64,000 bases of DNA, from positions 6,299-70,298 of the forward strand of contig JAUCBJ010006628.1 of NCBI GenBank assembly GCA_032718475.1. The letters run 5' to 3'. Source of the stretch: Nemertoderma westbladi. Lineage: Eukaryota; Animalia; Xenacoelomorpha. The notes under the pieces were generated by a model, which saw only the letters and a list, made by a program, of their open reading frames with translations, searched no databases and was not told the DNA's origin. Position 1 is the first letter of the stretch. Each line of letters opens with the position of its first letter. Of the stretch, positions 62,801 through 64,000 are shown piece after piece. The translations under genes and the position numbers were made by a program.

Positions 62801-64000
62801 ATACATGCAAAGCAGTGGAGGGAGTGGGAAGCCGAGTTGCATCTATTGAAAAATATAGATGTACCCCGTTCCTACTTTCCGAATCAGCTGGTATTTCCAG
62901 CTGATTTAGAACTGCATTTATTCAGTGACGCAAGTGACACCGGCTTTGGTATGGTAGCCTACCTTCGCCGAGAGGTAAGTCAGGACAAATTTGAGACGGC
63001 CTTTGTGACTTCTAGATCAAAGACAATGCCGGTCAAATATATGACTGTCCCTCGTGCAGAGTTACAGGCGGCTGTAGTTTCGGTCGAGGTAAGTAAGCAA
63101 ATAACTGAGGAGTTAGACACGACATTGACCTTATTCTATTGGACGGACGCATCCTTGGTGTTAGTATACATTGCGGCCGACAATATTGCACTAAAGACAT
63201 TTGTGGCCAATAGACGCGCTCAGATCGTTGATTTTTCGACGAAGGAACAATGGAGACATTGTCCGGGAGTGTTGAACCCGGCCGACATAACTTCGAGAGG
63301 TGCAATGCCGGCGGAATTCTGTCGGGAAGAGTCGCAGGAGTTTTGGTTGCATGGACCTGATTTTCTAACGAGGACACAGGAACATTGGCCAGAGCGACTA
63401 AAGATAGTGACCAATCCGATGCCTGAAGATGCAGAAGTCAAAGTGGAGAAAGTCTCTAAGTCGAAGTCTAAAGCCAAACTTAAGTCATTGGAGCGGCCTG
63501 AAGAGTCATTGGAGCGGCCTGAAGAGTCATTGGAGCGGCCTGGAGACCTGTCAGATCAACAGACTTACGTGACTACTAGGTCAGGAAGGGTAAGTTATGA
63601 CATAAAACCACCCTTACAGACTAGACGACAGTCACAATTGGTAAGTGACGGACAGAAAATGACCGACACAATGGAGTCTTTGGTTTCCAAACCTGCGGGT
63701 TTGGATTCGAAACTTCCATTAGTTAGCGGACAACCGTCGCTGGCATTAGAGTCATGCAGTATTTATGACAAATTACTAAATTCGTCTGCCTCTTGGCTGA
63801 CAATTTGTAAAAGAACTGCGTGGTTAAGCCGATACGTTTCGTACCTTTGTTTAAAACATTCGAAACATTTGAGAGAACCATTGAGCACCAATAGTGAGCG
63901 AATTCAGAAATTGAAACAACCTCTGACAGAGGATGAGATTGATCAAGCGGAATTAAAGCATTTGAAGCATTATCAAATGTGTGCCTTCCCGAAAGAATTC
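56894..64000 (+). CDS. BEL/Pao gag-pol polyprotein (partial, at least 2369 codons)
   Basis: ATG at 56894; same frame checked at the E/R coiled-coil (57971), protease MLDTAS (60755), RT FYMDD (62375) and 63929. Also three knuckles (CQYC..H..C, CWACLAPGHVRRQC, CMECGRLHHKLLH), DIEAMFHQV and RNase H LHLFSDAS. Confidence 0.93.
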   Translation, partial: MSVSDKEALEDSYETAAGPPTDDSVNITVDDNADYDDAASDADVSEQEDETVTSEEEQQPQVIVLGPPTATDRKDCTAARTEVSDREGSVVEARARSPVSRPVGMVSAVVPTAVRSTRSSRNNPSSPPSVSQVSERELDIAIKKKLRAHAGHITRTADKVRKMLADSANIGRVELVEIRRGYNSALFKQTEELAVLAKKAVESQSSDVATRIYDRVLAALLEHRELSERFRRVRTENWLLWASQAQATQVSDAELRDLVEREEIQDKEERRYQREVTSWLMQNGVVVPGQVLPTTENIQQRTLTPPDDASRDSGDSQVSHARGKVICARSLVSHNSAEERRRRLDEQQEEVLRAQEARKEAERERERTRKLDAELRELEEISKRERAEREQRERELQAEREREELECEQRERELQLECEREAKKRELQLECEREAKKRELQLEREQEAKKRELQAERERKKLDREQKERELQLERGRKERELKIEKRRRALYEEKARVEEESVARRAREEEERKLAQLESARLSLESEERTRKANEIAEKGMRMLEECGASVGTELRELFALQKAEQEARTPTIRESTTTRIPIPGPAITSTRIAKPFSTYRTPVGISASPIAQDLRHRNAAPLYTERDNGEFRKETPTGRVLGEPNPRVWNTRTERRPSSTENFRVKPEEGSYERQWITQIEPTIQQNPSQEFITRDELSASLAQAISPHIQPITDMLSNLRLKEAAQVRSNSNPSRPELDKVQPSQRVRISEETIPHRPQVRTPVPNIHNPNFENSAERFIEEAWVRASARKPSRALRTDTESSDEEEEMRRQKSRNYKERRTDAEQVSLNHRERTRLNNPAELNHLLTRNDATLRDIDKFAARQGLPTQQPQKFMGNHKHWRTFKTYVDEQLTNSTFTPNEKFNYLLQMLHREPRAIADNFVGNERAFELAMNTLSDIYGNKTKMAQSIVEDLGKGRRITTPLELLNLANAISNALDILRTVNLPHHGDHAEVLKSVIRRLNMRYRQKWRKLENKLEGQGKVLTLQHIYDMIATDAVAEMKSNFSEENMRESKPVTGKSMVSFDDDRTTVTFNSVDRYNSNTPAFRSDSRVWSGERLDRPRLKQQELPDGFVGCQYCLLKEVRSDDHKLDSCRRFKELNSEQRRVQVRTLDTCWACLAPGHVRRQCPNSKDGCMECGRLHHKLLHADFHTPTDRYLQRNPQRKGSKEPVSIRRNTYTGIQDDGYQPGSSDEDGESSAREVTCQGFTADSSSTSAQTYLSSATSEIFSVIPVKLTGDKGSKRIYVMLDTASTLSYIDEEVARAVSSFQDAEEIQIELKSMHGVGDLKGHRISVELDSLLPRDQHTRQERKALPLDGFKCLAMKGFGRQLGKVPPMSPIAQEYFDKLRIPRHQVGYRNVSMLIGAEQLIAHQIWETRPAEPHVNGPHAHRTILGWYTRVPMSYEFTGGDKPINRYDELQPITQPPLVEPPDIDEFRRTCIDHYSDFSESDEELIPDNVRLSEPLHNNRTDSEPEDYCYQTRGSGSAAHATYLTNVLTYTDIVEGQVAKYRDLDIFQYSEEELQKELIRQDLETGARTVEWLDRDAMEPGGYDLAMSTDEKRSLEMMEDTIRLLPTGHFEVGMLWRRQPPKLENNYNLALKRLNGVRARLLKNPDIREKYCAQINNYFAKGFAGKVEDPDLVTDQTYYLPHHYVTHPDKPDKVRVVNDCAAVYRGMSLNSELMDGPNLNNYLIGILLRFRQRRFAFTCDIEAMFHQVRACKADQDSLRFLWYENEDLSGPVVTYQMYVRIFGARDSPNGTLFVLKKTATAQIGKYPVEVIESILRNFYMDDGLVSKDTAEQAIEVAHGLQECLATGGFPLTKFTTNSEALLESFPVKDRGSGDIELGVEPIPMARVLGLAWNPNSDKFQVRVRFEPSSPDKVLTKRICLSTLSRLFDPMNFISPVILQARACMRKIWLSDLEWDEPISPIHAKQWREWEAELHLLKNIDVPRSYFPNQLVFPADLELHLFSDASDTGFGMVAYLRREVSQDKFETAFVTSRSKTMPVKYMTVPRAELQAAVVSVEVSKQITEELDTTLTLFYWTDASLVLVYIAADNIALKTFVANRRAQIVDFSTKEQWRHCPGVLNPADITSRGAMPAEFCREESQEFWLHGPDFLTRTQEHWPERLKIVTNPMPEDAEVKVEKVSKSKSKAKLKSLERPEESLERPEESLERPGDLSDQQTYVTTRSGRVSYDIKPPLQTRRQSQLVSDGQKMTDTMESLVSKPAGLDSKLPLVSGQPSLALESCSIYDKLLNSSASWLTICKRTAWLSRYVSYLCLKHSKHLREPLSTNSERIQKLKQPLTEDEIDQAELKHLKHYQMCAFPKEF
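63483..63545. repeat. In-frame 21-bp tandem repeat x3 (ESLERPE) in pol
   Basis: AGTCATTGGAGCGGCCTG(A/G)AG repeated three times. Confidence 0.9.

Larger units (their letters stand above)
53375..64000 (+). mobile_element. Apparently intact BEL/Pao LTR retrotransposon (5' LTR/UTR plus gag-pol), running off the window
   Basis: RTE homology stops and TGTTAC begins at 53375; 3.5-kb non-coding leader; then a long gag-pol ORF. Confidence 0.9.

Noticed and set aside
57892-63477. Many short antisense and off-frame ORFs over the BEL element
   Set aside because: Shadows of the real gag-pol frame.
1-64000. Uni-strand piRNA cluster
   Set aside because: TE orientations are mixed (RTE and BEL on plus; LINEs, hATs and Gypsy on minus), and this cannot be shown without small-RNA data.

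Overview
AT-rich invertebrate-animal genomic DNA, mostly stacked transposable elements; no prokaryotic features. Left (1-14.6 kb): a four-deep nest of a TA-flanked MITE > L2/Crack-type LINE (2A-like motif plus PHD finger at the ORF2 N-terminus) > MULE-like element > intron-containing ZMYM1-type hAT. 15.3-20.1 kb: a second LINE hit by two RTE copies and a TTAA-flanked Kolobok-like MITE. 20.1-33.9 kb: a decayed BEL/Pao element followed by an unexplained, partly inverted, CCHC-knuckle ORF that is interrupted by a hATm element with long TIRs and a 6x164-bp array. Two probable host genes: a near-intronless secreted 4xLDLa + fibrinogen-domain protein (33.9-35.5 kb), and a small-exon signal-peptide gene (44.1-51.5 kb, continuing rightwards) whose introns hold a decayed Gypsy, MITEs and an apparently intact BEL/Pao element. 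That element's gag-pol ORF (56894 to the window end, at least 2369 codons) is absent from the ORF track because it has no stop in the window. Clade names come from motif recognition by eye, not database searches.
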